The notes: generated by a model not told the origin, from the letters alone. Positions 35,335-44,606 are shown, numbered from the whole stretch's first letter. The stretch is 62,707 nucleotides of DNA, filler included, from Stramenopiles sp. TOSAG23-3 (GCA_900128585.1; 25 parts of 25 records of this genome joined end to end with filler, not necessarily neighbours in it), one strand, 5' to 3'. Translations and numbers: made by a program.

Positions 35335-36087
35335 TGATGCTATTTTAATTACCTTAAACCCAAATCTAACCTCGTCCTCTTCGATCAGATTGACGCACAT
35401 TTCCCACTCATGCTTGCAAGCAAGCTTGGCAACGTCTTTTGGTGTTTGATCCAATATATCCATCAAATGGGTTTTTGCCCCAGCATTAATAAGCTGATCT
35501 ACGCACGAGGAATGACCTTCAGAGCACGCAAAGTGCAAGGGAGTATTTCCACCTTCAGTTTGAGCATTTACTTCTGCTTTGTGATAAACCAGTAAACCAA
35601 CGCACTCGTCAAGGCCTAGTTGGCAAGCAATGTGCAAAGAGGTCAACCCTGACTCTACCGCACCGTGCTCTCCAAGTTCGGCTGCGTCATTTACCAGAGA
35701 GGGCTCTTTCCTCAAAAGCCTTTCCATTTCGTGAACTTTGTTGTTTATCGTTGCAGTTCGAAGTTGGAATCCCAGGGACGGTTGGTTTGTATCTTCGTCT
35801 ATGCTTACAGAATCGTTCGTGTATACTCGCTCTCGAACTCTTTTTTTCTTGCCACTTCGGCGGCTTTTCTTTGCTTTTCTGGAAGAGCGTTTCCTTACAA
35901 CTGTCTTCATTTTGAAAGTTTCATCGTCAGAGAGCGTCGTATTGACGCTAGTATCCGATATGTTAGTAAACGAACTTTTGTTGTTTACTGCCAAAAACGG
36001 AGTTCGATTGGATTTCTTTCTCGAACTCTTACTTTTCCGTTTCGAAAAGACAGGAACTGCATTTTCCAACTCCGTTATTGTTTCCAT
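35314..36087 (-). CDS. Ankyrin-repeat protein (last codons fall inside the inverted copy)
   Basis: GLTSLHIACQLG...AEVNAQTEGGNTPLHFACSEG...DQTPKDVA. Confidence 0.88.
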   Translation of the reverse strand: METITELENAVPVFSKRKSKSSRKKSNRTPFLAVNNKSSFTNISDTSVNTTLSDDETFKMKTVVRKRSSRKAKKSRRSGKKKRVRERVYTNDSVSIDEDTNQPSLGFQLRTATINNKVHEMERLLRKEPSLVNDAAELGEHGAVESGLTSLHIACQLGLDECVGLLVYHKAEVNAQTEGGNTPLHFACSEGHSSCVDQLINAGAKTHLMDILDQTPKDVAKLACKHEWEMCVNLIEEDEVRFGFKVIKIASGIVLTL

Positions 36088-36934
36088 TGCGAAAATATCA
36101 AATTTGCGTTGCACCAATTACTACAAAAATAATTTTGAAGAGAGAGAAAAATAATATCGTTCTAGTCTTCTTCTGTTAAAAATTAAACGAAACAACAGTA
36201 GATGGGAATAATTGTTTTATTCAATTAAGCAACGGCATGAAACTCTATCCTTCTTTCGACACTCTATATTCATATTTTCGACACGGGTAATGCAAAAAAT
36301 ATATTGTATTAATCGAACGAACTCTCTTCTACTACTGGTACGGTGCCAGGCAGGTACCGGTACTACTAACTACAACAAAAAATGAAAATAATTATATACC
36401 TCGTGCTGTTTGTGTTCACTATGGATACAGCAGCAATTAGTAGCAACAAAAAAAAAGAAAAAATGTATTTTTTTTTAATTTATTGTGTACAAGGGCTCTA
36501 GTAAGGGAATTAGAAGTGTGAATGGTTGATGTCAGATTGATTATAACGGTGGTGATTTATATCGAATTAGCATAAAATAAATTACATTAATAACGTCTTC
36601 TTTCTTCAGAAAACTCCTTCGCAAAACCCCAAGAAATCGAAATTTGGTTGGGGGATGATGCTGATGCTGTGATGATATGTGAAACTTGTAAATACATTGG
36701 ATAGCATTATAGCAGGAGAGAGAAAAAACCTTACAAATACTCATAGCAGGAGAGAGAACAAACCTTACAAATACTCGTAATATTGATGGTTTCTATAATA
36801 TTTGAACTTAAAAACAAAAAACTGGCTGTAATAATAGCATTTTAATTTTTTTTTTGTAATTTAATATAAAAAATGTTATACATATATAATAATCTATTCA
36901 CTATTTTTGTTTTGTGTCTATGCCCCAACAACAT

Positions 36935-37663
36935 TTAAGCGTCGATTTGTAAAATCAAGTGTGGAGCATTTAACTTTACCTTCGTGCAGGACCAAGCCCG
37001 GTTCCCGCTTGCTTTGATGCATTTGCAAGTAACAAGCACACCGTTGGTGTTATCTCCCGCCACAGTGTACCCAGTGGCCACATTGTTTATGCCTTCGCCA
37101 TTTTCTGTTTTCAGTTCAAAGTCGTTACTTCCTTCATTTAGTATCTCGACAGTGTGCCCGACGTGGTCAGCGGCATCAGGTAGGATTAAAGCTGTTCCAT
37201 TATCGCTTACTGTTAATTCAACCAGTGATACATGACTGGGGATGGTTCTGTCACTGTCAGAAATGCTGTCAGAAATTGTCATACCATTGTTGGAAGTCAC
37301 CTTAACGGTTCCACTTACATCCGGTAAAGTTATAGTCTTATTTAAACCCTTGGGATCATTTACCTGAAGCGTGGTGTACACAGAATCTTTGGTTGCTCCC
37401 CCAAATGCAATGGATGCAACTTCCTCAATCACACCACCAGTGAATTTAACGTCTTCAATTCTGACCAAACCGTTGGTGCTGGAAATGTCCAGTCTACCAC
37501 CAGAGCTATATTCTTGAGTAATTTCTGCATAGCGGCTAGTCAGTTTTAAGTCCGGCACAGAGGAGTCCCAGCTGTAGATTGTCATCGGCATTGTGTTGAC
37601 TTTGTAGTCTCTTATTCTAAGAACTTTATTGTTGTTCTCACTGTCATCTGTTGTACTGAAGTA
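36935..37663 (-). CDS. C-terminal part of a phage tail-fibre-like beta protein, 5'-truncated
   Basis: Frame open to the contig end. IAFGGATKDSVYTTLQVNDPKGLNKTITLPDVSGTV and LILPDAADHVGHTVEILN resemble motifs in marine phage fibre proteins. Confidence 0.65.
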   Translation of the reverse strand, partial: YFSTTDDSENNNKVLRIRDYKVNTMPMTIYSWDSSVPDLKLTSRYAEITQEYSSGGRLDISSTNGLVRIEDVKFTGGVIEEVASIAFGGATKDSVYTTLQVNDPKGLNKTITLPDVSGTVKVTSNNGMTISDSISDSDRTIPSHVSLVELTVSDNGTALILPDAADHVGHTVEILNEGSNDFELKTENGEGINNVATGYTVAGDNTNGVLVTCKCIKASGNRAWSCTKVKLNAPHLILQIDA

Positions 37664-37767
37664 ATNNNNNNNNNNNNNNNNNNNNNNNNNNNNNNNNNNN
37701 NNNNNNNNNTTAATTAATTAANNNNNNNNNNNNNNNNNNNNNNNNNNNNNNNNNNNNNNNNNNNNAG

Positions 37768-38028
37768 TTCGGGTCTCATTTCAAGTGCATGGATCTTTTG
37801 GACGAGTCGAAGCTGAAAGGGGATCACCTTCGCGACACGCTCTCCATCCTTTTGGGGGGCGAGCCGAACAGCTTCCCGCATCCAGACGTAGACCCTAAGG
37901 CGCTGCAAGCGCACGTTGAAATGTTGCTTAGAGACACACCCCTAGTTATGGATCCTAAGCATCTCAAGATGAAGCCGATAATAAAGGTGCATAGGTTAGG
38001 TCCATCCTCGGGATGCGTACTCCAATAG
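37768..38028 (+). CDS. C-terminal gene fragment ending in a CaaX box (CVLQ)
   Basis: Open from the contig start to TAG; ends GPSSGCVLQ*. Confidence 0.7.
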   Translation, partial: FGSHFKCMDLLDESKLKGDHLRDTLSILLGGEPNSFPHPDVDPKALQAHVEMLLRDTPLVMDPKHLKMKPIIKVHRLGPSSGCVLQ

Positions 38029-38061
38029 GAATAGTCAAAAAGCGCGCACTACATAAAGTTT

Positions 38062-38370
38062 AAAGCAAGAAAATTGGCTGTTATTAAAAAACAAGAAAAT
38101 TGGCTGTTATTTACTTATTATAAGTAATTAAATTTAGCTTCCTCATATCCTAATCCTAACTAGCTGTTATTTAAAACCTAACTGGCTGTTATTTATAAGT
38201 AATTAAAATTAATGTACTGCGAAACTGAAATCTAGATTTAGACATTCGAGGTTTACATTCCTTCATGTACTGCGAACTTTTATTTGCTCTTTTGGTTTTA
38301 CTAATCGATACATTATTGACACTATTTTTAATTAAAAACAAGAAAATTGGCTGTTATTTAAGTAATTAAT
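38062..38370 (+). repeat. Dispersed 3'-flank repeat with multiple (AAAACAAGAAAATT)GGCTGTTATT units
   Basis: Four GGCTGTTATT units plus AGCTGTTATT, and atgtactgcgaa twice; the same elements occur at 58687-59016. Confidence 0.85.
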
Positions 38371-38413
38371 TATTTTTAATTTAAACCACATTCTAGTTTG
38401 TTATTTACAACAT

Positions 38414-40110
38414 CTACGCATCCGCCTTCTGCGCGCTCGGGTCCAACCCTTTCGACTCAAACGTAGTGCTTTTGCCCACCGTCACGAACTCGTCGACAAT
38501 CTTCTTCAAATGGGCGACAATTTCGGAGTCACTCTCCTTCTTCGCGGCGTTCGTGATCATCTTTACACGCGACGCGTAGACCAGGGCGGTCTGCGTCTCG
38601 GCGGCGTTGTAGTCTGCGGGACTCGCGTTCACGAACATCAGCGTTTTCGCGTTTCCCCCCAGGCCGTCCGCCAACAGCATGGTCAGCTTGTTGTTCCGGT
38701 AAGGGATAAACTTTGCGCCCGTCGACAGGCTCGAAATGACATCCCCGAGGGCACTTAGACTCTGGTTAATGCTCTGCGCCTCTCGAAGGCGCTCTTTTGT
38801 CGCCCCTGTCTTCCCCACCCGCTCCGACCCTGCAAGATCCACCAGGGTAAGCTTCCCGACGTTCGTCTTGCCGGACGTATGGTCGTGGTTCTCTATTATG
38901 ATGCTGAAAATCAAGTGCGACCGAGAGGACACGGCGTTCATTTTGGTCGCCCCGACGTGCCTGGCGCCGTTCCCGGTGTTGAAAAGGTCCATCATTTCCT
39001 CTGGGGTATTCACTTCCACGATCTCAATCCCTTTCACGAAAACCATGCCTTTTGCATCCTTCTTGATGTCCAGTTTCGGGGGCTGCTTGTGCATCCCTTT
39101 TTCTTTCTTGTGCTTCGCCGTGTACAACAGATCAACCAACGTGTCGTTGTACAGCTCTGCCATGTATGCCTTGCACTTGATCGTCGCTTTCTTCCCTAAA
39201 TCGCCCTTCAACTGAAATATGCGGTCAATCGCGCGAGGGGTAATGCCCTTCAGCTCGGGCAGTGCGCCGAGCATCGTGAACGATTTCCCTGCCCCGGTCT
39301 GCCCGTACGCAAAGACGCACACGTTGAACCCATCGAATGCCGAATTCACCAAACTGCTGCAGTCTTCGAACACCTCCTCCTGCGTGGATGAGGGGGTGAA
39401 GCACTGGTCGAACACGAACTGTTTCGTACCCTTTTCCCCCTCCACATTTATGGTGACTTCGTCTGGGAAGTCGACGCAGATGTGGTTCCCGCGCTCTATT
39501 TCGGACTTGCTCAAGGGCCGCACACGGCAGTAGACACGAATTTTCCCCTTCATGTCCTCCATCATGTTCCAGTACCGTTTCCGCAGCACGGACTCCTCCT
39601 TGTACAGCGTCTGAAGCTCTCCCTGCCGCTTCAGGGCTGCGGCAGCAGCCTTCTTCGCGTCTTCGCACTCTGCTGCCTGGGCCTTCAAGGTTTCCATCTC
39701 TTTCCCCATCGCGCCCATCGCCCCCACTTTCTTCTTCAGCGCGTCGCGCTCTTTCTTCATCTCCGCAACGCTTGCCTCCAGTTCCTCGTGCGCCTTCTTC
39801 AACTTCTTCTCGTTCCGCTCCAAGATCGATATTTTCTTGTCAGACTCCTGCTTCGCTTTCTCCGACTCTTTCTTGTGCTTCTTCTCCACCTCTTTCATTT
39901 TTCGCTCCATAACCTGCTTCGCCTGGTCGTTTCCCGAGCTGGACGCGGCCTTCTGCTCGGCCTTCTCTAACTTCCCCTCCATCTGCTTCAGCTTGACCTT
40001 GCCGTCCTTTGCCTCCTTCTCCACCTTCTTCAGCTTTTGTTGGAGTTCCTTCAGTTTCTTTTGGTCGTTGGCGTTTCCGCCCCCACTTCCACCTCGCTTC
40101 TTTCTTCTTA
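38414..40110 (-). CDS. Kinesin-14 (C-terminal motor, KCBP-like), 5'-truncated
   Basis: Neck LRKRYWNMMEDMKGKIRVYCR, GQTGAGKS, SSRSH, DLAGSER, IPYRNNKLT. Confidence 0.95.
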
Positions 40111-40275
40111 CTTCTTCTTTTTTATTTTTTTTATTATTTTTTCTTCTTTTCTCTTTCTTCTTCTTCTTTCTTCTTNNNNNNNNNNNNNNNNNNNNNNNNN
40201 NNNNNNNNNNNNNNNNNNNTTAATTAATTAANNNNNNNNNNNNNNNNNNNNNNNNNNNNNNNNNNNNNNNNNNNN

Positions 40276-40355
40276 AAAATACCGGTAGTGTACGAAACAT
40301 GAAGAGCACAACATAAGCCGGCTACACTTAGAATAATAATATTTTGAAGTTTCAT
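40276..40355 (-). CDS. N-terminus of a signal-peptide protein (not in ORF track), truncated
   Basis: MKLQNIIILSVAGLCCALHVSYTTGI; ATG lies 1 nt after the stop of the upstream gene. Confidence 0.5.
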
Positions 40356-40356
40356 T

Positions 40357-40671
40357 TTAATAATACCTGTAATTGTATATAGGGACTCTTTGTCGTTGGG
40401 GGGACCTTGATCGCCAACGCCTCTTCTTTACCTTTGGTGCCTTTACCTTTGGTTTCTCCTTGTTAAAGGTCCTGAAGTCACGTGTTATACTCGCGTCTTC
40501 ATCTGGGTTAATGCTGTCTTTGTAACACTGAACACCGCATGTTGGTTTCTCGTCTTTGAATATGCTTTTAAGTATCAATTCGCACAGTTCCGCGGACGTC
40601 AACACCGACTTCTCCGATTCTACGGTCCAAATACTGCTGGATCCTTCGAAATGATACTTGTAAGTGAACAT
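40357..40671 (-). CDS. DWNN-like (RBBP6/Mpe1 ubiquitin-like) domain with basic/RS tail
   Basis: YKYHF...WTVESEKSVLTSAELCELIL...CGVQ...DEDASI aligns by eye with RBBP6 VHYKF...DTVTFDGLHISLCDLKKQIM...CDLQ...DDNALI; tail KKRRWRSRSPQR. Confidence 0.55.
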   Translation of the reverse strand: MFTYKYHFEGSSSIWTVESEKSVLTSAELCELILKSIFKDEKPTCGVQCYKDSINPDEDASITRDFRTFNKEKPKVKAPKVKKRRWRSRSPQRQRVPIYNYRYY

Positions 40672-40695
40672 ATCTATCTTGTAATGCCCGGGTAT

Positions 40696-40932
40696 TTATA
40701 CTGCTTTGATAACAACTGGTGCTTTTGTTCGTGCTTTTCGGAGAATTCGATAGTTGCAATGGTTACAGAGTACGATGCTGTCACAGTCTAATTTGTTCTC
40801 TTTGCCGCACTTGAAACAGACGTATAATGTTCCTACTTTTATTTCACTTGTTTCAACTTGTACAGGAACAATTACGGTTGCTTTACGCTTTTGTGGAATG
40901 CGAGAAAGTCTGTAGACTGCTAATCCGTCCAT
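40696..40932 (-). CDS. RPB12: RNA polymerase subunit Rpb12 (RPABC4), divergent
   Basis: YVCFKCGKENKL.....VLCNHCNYRILRKARTKAPVVIKAV versus the eukaryotic pattern YIC..C....I......IRC..CG.RI..K.RTKR.V.F.AR. Confidence 0.85.
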   Translation of the reverse strand: MDGLAVYRLSRIPQKRKATVIVPVQVETSEIKVGTLYVCFKCGKENKLDCDSIVLCNHCNYRILRKARTKAPVVIKAV

Positions 40933-40959
40933 TTGCGTTGTTTCTTTAAATCGAATGTT

Positions 40960-41014
40960 CTTTAAATACTATACTATTTTTCGGCGCCGGGATCCGTGCA
41001 AGGTCCTAAGGTCC
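40960..41014 (-). promoter_or_regulatory. Putative viral promoter of Rpb12: GGACC-GGACC-GATCCC then GTATTTAAAG
   Basis: Minus strand reads GGACCttaGGACCttgcacgGATCCCggcgccgaaaaatagtataGTATTTAAAG, 27 nt before the ATG at 40932. Confidence 0.45.
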
Positions 41015-41096
41015 ACAAGGTGCTTCGCTGTCCCCAAGAGGAAAAGTGGAAAAAAAATATATACATATGTAAAAATGCCCATGTTGTATACATATC

Positions 41097-41396
41097 ATGG
41101 CGTCTTACGCGGATATTGCTCGTCAAAACAACCAGCAATGGGATGTAAATAACAAAAAAAAATGTATTGTAGAAAAATTAGTGAAAAATTCCAAACGGAT
41201 CCGTCGCGGTATAAAGTTGTATTTTTTCGGTCAATGGAAAAAATGTGTTATGTGGTGTAGCATTTGCATGGAAGGTATAGGAATTAATGGTAGGAAACTG
41301 GAATGTGGACATTATTTCCATAGTGATTGCATTACAAGGTGGTGTAAAGGATGGGGTAGTTGTCCTAATTGTCGTACTACGATTCGGAGTATATAA
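41097..41396 (+). CDS. Small RING-H2 protein
   Basis: CSICME...LECGHYFHSDCITRW...SCPNCR. Confidence 0.88.
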   Translation: MASYADIARQNNQQWDVNNKKKCIVEKLVKNSKRIRRGIKLYFFGQWKKCVMWCSICMEGIGINGRKLECGHYFHSDCITRWCKGWGSCPNCRTTIRSI

Positions 41397-41417
41397 GTAC
41401 ACACTAAATGTAAATAA

Positions 41418-41597
41418 ATGGAAAGTGTTAATAAAGTAGTAAATTCAGCTATCAATACAAGTAAGAGTACGGATAAGTACAACGTCGGGATGGTAAAACA
41501 AAACTTCCCCAAATACGTCAGCTCCAACTATAAGAGTTGTAGAGGCGACACGCACGGCGATACGATGCGTAACGTAGCGAGAAAATACAAGAGTTAA
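41418..41597 (+). CDS. 59-aa protein with truncated HMG-box/YABBY-like helices (below ORF-track cutoff)
   Basis: MESVNKVVNSAINTSKSTDKYNVGMVKQNFPKYVSSNYKSCRGDTHGDTMRNVARKYKS; F..YV..NY......H.D.M..VA..YK pattern; TATA-like GTATATAAG 20 nt upstream. Confidence 0.55.
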   Translation: MESVNKVVNSAINTSKSTDKYNVGMVKQNFPKYVSSNYKSCRGDTHGDTMRNVARKYKS

Positions 41598-41877
41598 CCC
41601 TATAAGTAAAGTATACAGCTAAATACCTATACAATATAACTAAAAAAGTTAAATATATATATAAATATTAATGGTTTCAGCGCATTTTAAAAAAAAAATT
41701 TAAAAAAAATCCTCCAGGTAATAATATCCTTTTATCTCGACAAAATATTACTATCCAAAATCCAAACTCTTTCCCTTGCGAAGAAGGTACAAATGTCGCC
41801 GGATGTGTGTTATTTACCATTAATATTTACCATTAAACTCCAGAACGCTCGACTAACCAATTACACACACTTTACTG

Positions 41878-42615
41878 ATGTATCGACAACTCTTCTTTGT
41901 TGCCCTGGCGACATTTATGGTGCGGATCGACGCATATGATTGGCGACGCACTAGTTGGAAATATAAGCGTTGGGGGGACGAATGGGAGAATCTGAAAAAG
42001 TGGAAACATTATTCATGGGCGGAACCCTTGTCTTCGGCATGTGATTGGGAGCTACCTGTTAAAGTAGATGTTAAAACATTTCGTATGAATAGGGACGCAG
42101 ATCTGTCTTTATGCGGTCGCATGGTACAATACACTTATGTAAAGACACGTATATACGAGAACTGCAATTCGAGAAGTGGTAAGTGTTATTTGGTACGACG
42201 TAAGAAGTTCTGGGACACTCCCCAGGGAGCCTGCGGAAACGATGAGTGTGGGGGACCACGATACATTGTCGAAGTCCCGCCCAAATATAAATTATATTTT
42301 GGGAAGAAAGTTTTAACCAACTACGAGATCTGCCCTTGGAGGTCTACGGGATTACCGGGGGTCAGCCAAATGTCAGAAGCTGAGTTTGATGCATATTGGG
42401 ACGACCGGTGTCCAATGGGATGGGAAGACTACATCGATGACGGAAAACAACGATCAGATTACACAACAAACACGCATCTAGTCAATTGCCAAAACCGACA
42501 ATGTTCGCACAAGAGACAAGGCTGTAAACCCAATGAGTGTTCAGTATACGTTGACAATGATACCGGAATGCTAAAGCAATGTCGCGGCGGCTGTCCTGGG
42601 ATGCGACGGATATAA
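41878..42615 (+). CDS. Secreted Cys/Trp-rich hypothetical protein
   Basis: Signal peptide MYRQLFFVALATFMVRIDA; many Cys and Trp; no family recognised. Confidence 0.75.
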   Translation: MYRQLFFVALATFMVRIDAYDWRRTSWKYKRWGDEWENLKKWKHYSWAEPLSSACDWELPVKVDVKTFRMNRDADLSLCGRMVQYTYVKTRIYENCNSRSGKCYLVRRKKFWDTPQGACGNDECGGPRYIVEVPPKYKLYFGKKVLTNYEICPWRSTGLPGVSQMSEAEFDAYWDDRCPMGWEDYIDDGKQRSDYTTNTHLVNCQNRQCSHKRQGCKPNECSVYVDNDTGMLKQCRGGCPGMRRI

Positions 42616-42929
42616 GAGTTGTCGAGGCGCGCGAGAAAAGAGTTAACCCTATAGGTAACGCATACATCTAAATACCTATACAATNNNNNNNNNNNNNNNN
42701 NNNNNNNNNNNNNNNNNNNNNNNNNNNNTTAATTAATTAANNNNNNNNNNNNNNNNNNNNNNNNNNNNNNNNNNNNNNNNNNNNACCCTTTTTTAACCCA
42801 CGTTTACTCCAATTGATACTCTTACACGCCAACGTTTCGCGTGTAACAGTACTTTCCTTTCGATACTCCTAACTTAAGCATTCGCCCATCAGCCAAATCG
42901 CGGCATAACAGTACACTATAACTGCCAGG

Positions 42930-44606
42930 ATGGAAAACCTACTAGTTGACTGGGTACGGCATGACGCCGTGCGCGCCAAGCAATTCGATCATCTGAGCCA
43001 CCACGATTATGGTCGTATGGAGGATGAAACATTCTTTCAAAAGCTACAAAATGGCCAAGACTTTGGTGAGAAGCACGTTTTCGACGGGAACGAAAGGACC
43101 CATTGGGAGTATAACCTTCGCGCACGAAATTCGCCGGGAACCGTAGGCATTTGCATCGACATGTCTTCAACAACCGGTTACCCAACTGATATGATCGAAG
43201 TATTTTGGGGGTCATCTCAACGATTAGACCAAGCCCCAGTCGCCTTTGCTATCGACGTTTTGACAGTCGACAGTTTCAATTTCGTCAGAGTGTTCGAGCG
43301 AAAGGAGGACACCCAAAGGCTTCCTACCCGTACCTCGTCCGCGGACGAAAAGGGGGACTCTGATTCGAGTGCTTCCAGTGACCGTGATGACTTTGAGCCC
43401 GGGATGGAAGCGTTCGAACAGTCTCAGATGACATCATTTAACTTTATCAACCGAAGCGGGTCGTCTCTATCGACCTCTTCGGAGTCGATGGACCCCCAGC
43501 TGGCAGGGGACAGGTTTGCTCGGGACTACCCCGGTGTGACTGCAACGCGAGTGTCGTTCCCCCACCAAGAGCGACTGCGGGCCATTTGTATCAAGGTGTT
43601 TAATTTTGGAGCCATGGAAGATTTCCCTGCCATTCGCCGCGTCCACGCGTGGGGAAAAGTGTCGCACGATCCCGCAAAAGCGATGGGGGTTATGGTCAGC
43701 ACGGCCGGTCCCTCCCTGACTCAGCAAATGGACCCTCGGTTGTTTACCGTGCCTCTTCAGCATGGTATCCTCGCACTTGACACCACGCAACGATCGTGCT
43801 TTGGGCAAAGCCCTCGGGCACAGGCGCGTCTAAAACTGGGCCAAGAGAATTTCCTTGGGGTAATGGCGATGATGCCTATGCACATTGTGCAAGAAATGCT
43901 GTGCTACCTCAACATGAAATCGTTGTTCGCATTGCGATCGGTGTCCAAGAATCTTGGAAATTTTGGACAAGACCTCTGGACGTCAACGGACGTTGAGTGC
44001 AAAAAGAGCATGTTCAACTGGGCAAGAATGACCTGTGCAAAAGTCGCGGCGACTTCGCGCTGGAACAACACGGAAAAAGAAGACCCCAATAACCTTATTG
44101 ACGGCTCGAACGACACGTGGTGGAGCAGTGCCCAGGGCGTTAACCACTGTGAGATACGAATTGATTTAGGGTACGTGTGCCCAATCGAGAAAATCGATGT
44201 CCTTTGGGGGGATGACAATGGCCGCATACGCCCCTGTTCGAAACGGTTCGAAATATTCCTTTCAAAAACGGACGCCGCGCGGCCGGGATCTGTGTTTCAA
44301 AACAATACTGACAATGTTGGTGAGGGCTGGAACGGGAACGACGGTCCCGTCTATTTGCCAGACCGAGATGTTCTCCAATACACCACAACAAGCGTAACCC
44401 TGAAAGGCGAGTCCCTCGCACGGTTTGTCACGCTGAAACTGTACGAACGGGCTCCAAGGTGGGCCAACCACGCTATCTCGCAGATTCAAATATACGGGTT
44501 TGCCCGTCCGAATGATGTGAATGGCATGGCGGACATGGCGCTCGTACGACAGTACTGCGCAAGAGCGACCCAGACGAAAATGCCGTGCGGATGCCAGACT
44601 AGTTAG
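42930..44606 (+). CDS. F-box protein with discoidin/F5-8-type galactose-binding-like domains
   Basis: F-box MPMHIVQEMLCYLNMKSLFALRSVSK; C-terminal ATSRW...PNNLIDGSNDTWWSS...IRIDLG...IEKIDVLW...ARFVTLKL...ISQIQIYG; similar N-terminal HVFDGNERTHW...AIRRVHAWG. Confidence 0.8.
   Translation: MENLLVDWVRHDAVRAKQFDHLSHHDYGRMEDETFFQKLQNGQDFGEKHVFDGNERTHWEYNLRARNSPGTVGICIDMSSTTGYPTDMIEVFWGSSQRLDQAPVAFAIDVLTVDSFNFVRVFERKEDTQRLPTRTSSADEKGDSDSSASSDRDDFEPGMEAFEQSQMTSFNFINRSGSSLSTSSESMDPQLAGDRFARDYPGVTATRVSFPHQERLRAICIKVFNFGAMEDFPAIRRVHAWGKVSHDPAKAMGVMVSTAGPSLTQQMDPRLFTVPLQHGILALDTTQRSCFGQSPRAQARLKLGQENFLGVMAMMPMHIVQEMLCYLNMKSLFALRSVSKNLGNFGQDLWTSTDVECKKSMFNWARMTCAKVAATSRWNNTEKEDPNNLIDGSNDTWWSSAQGVNHCEIRIDLGYVCPIEKIDVLWGDDNGRIRPCSKRFEIFLSKTDAARPGSVFQNNTDNVGEGWNGNDGPVYLPDRDVLQYTTTSVTLKGESLARFVTLKLYERAPRWANHAISQIQIYGFARPNDVNGMADMALVRQYCARATQTKMPCGCQTS

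Noticed and set aside
35256-37665. 79-bp terminal inverted repeats suggesting a transposon or linear element carrying ankyrin and fibre genes
   Set aside because: The repeat is in-frame coding sequence of the fibre gene and sits exactly at both contig ends; 79 is a commonly used assembly k-mer; no transposase is present. A fold-back or amplification chimera is more likely; read mapping would settle it.
40081-40175. Lys/Glu-rich extension of the kinesin N-terminus
   Set aside because: Low-complexity (TTC)n/poly-T at a contig end; may be an intron or mis-assembly.
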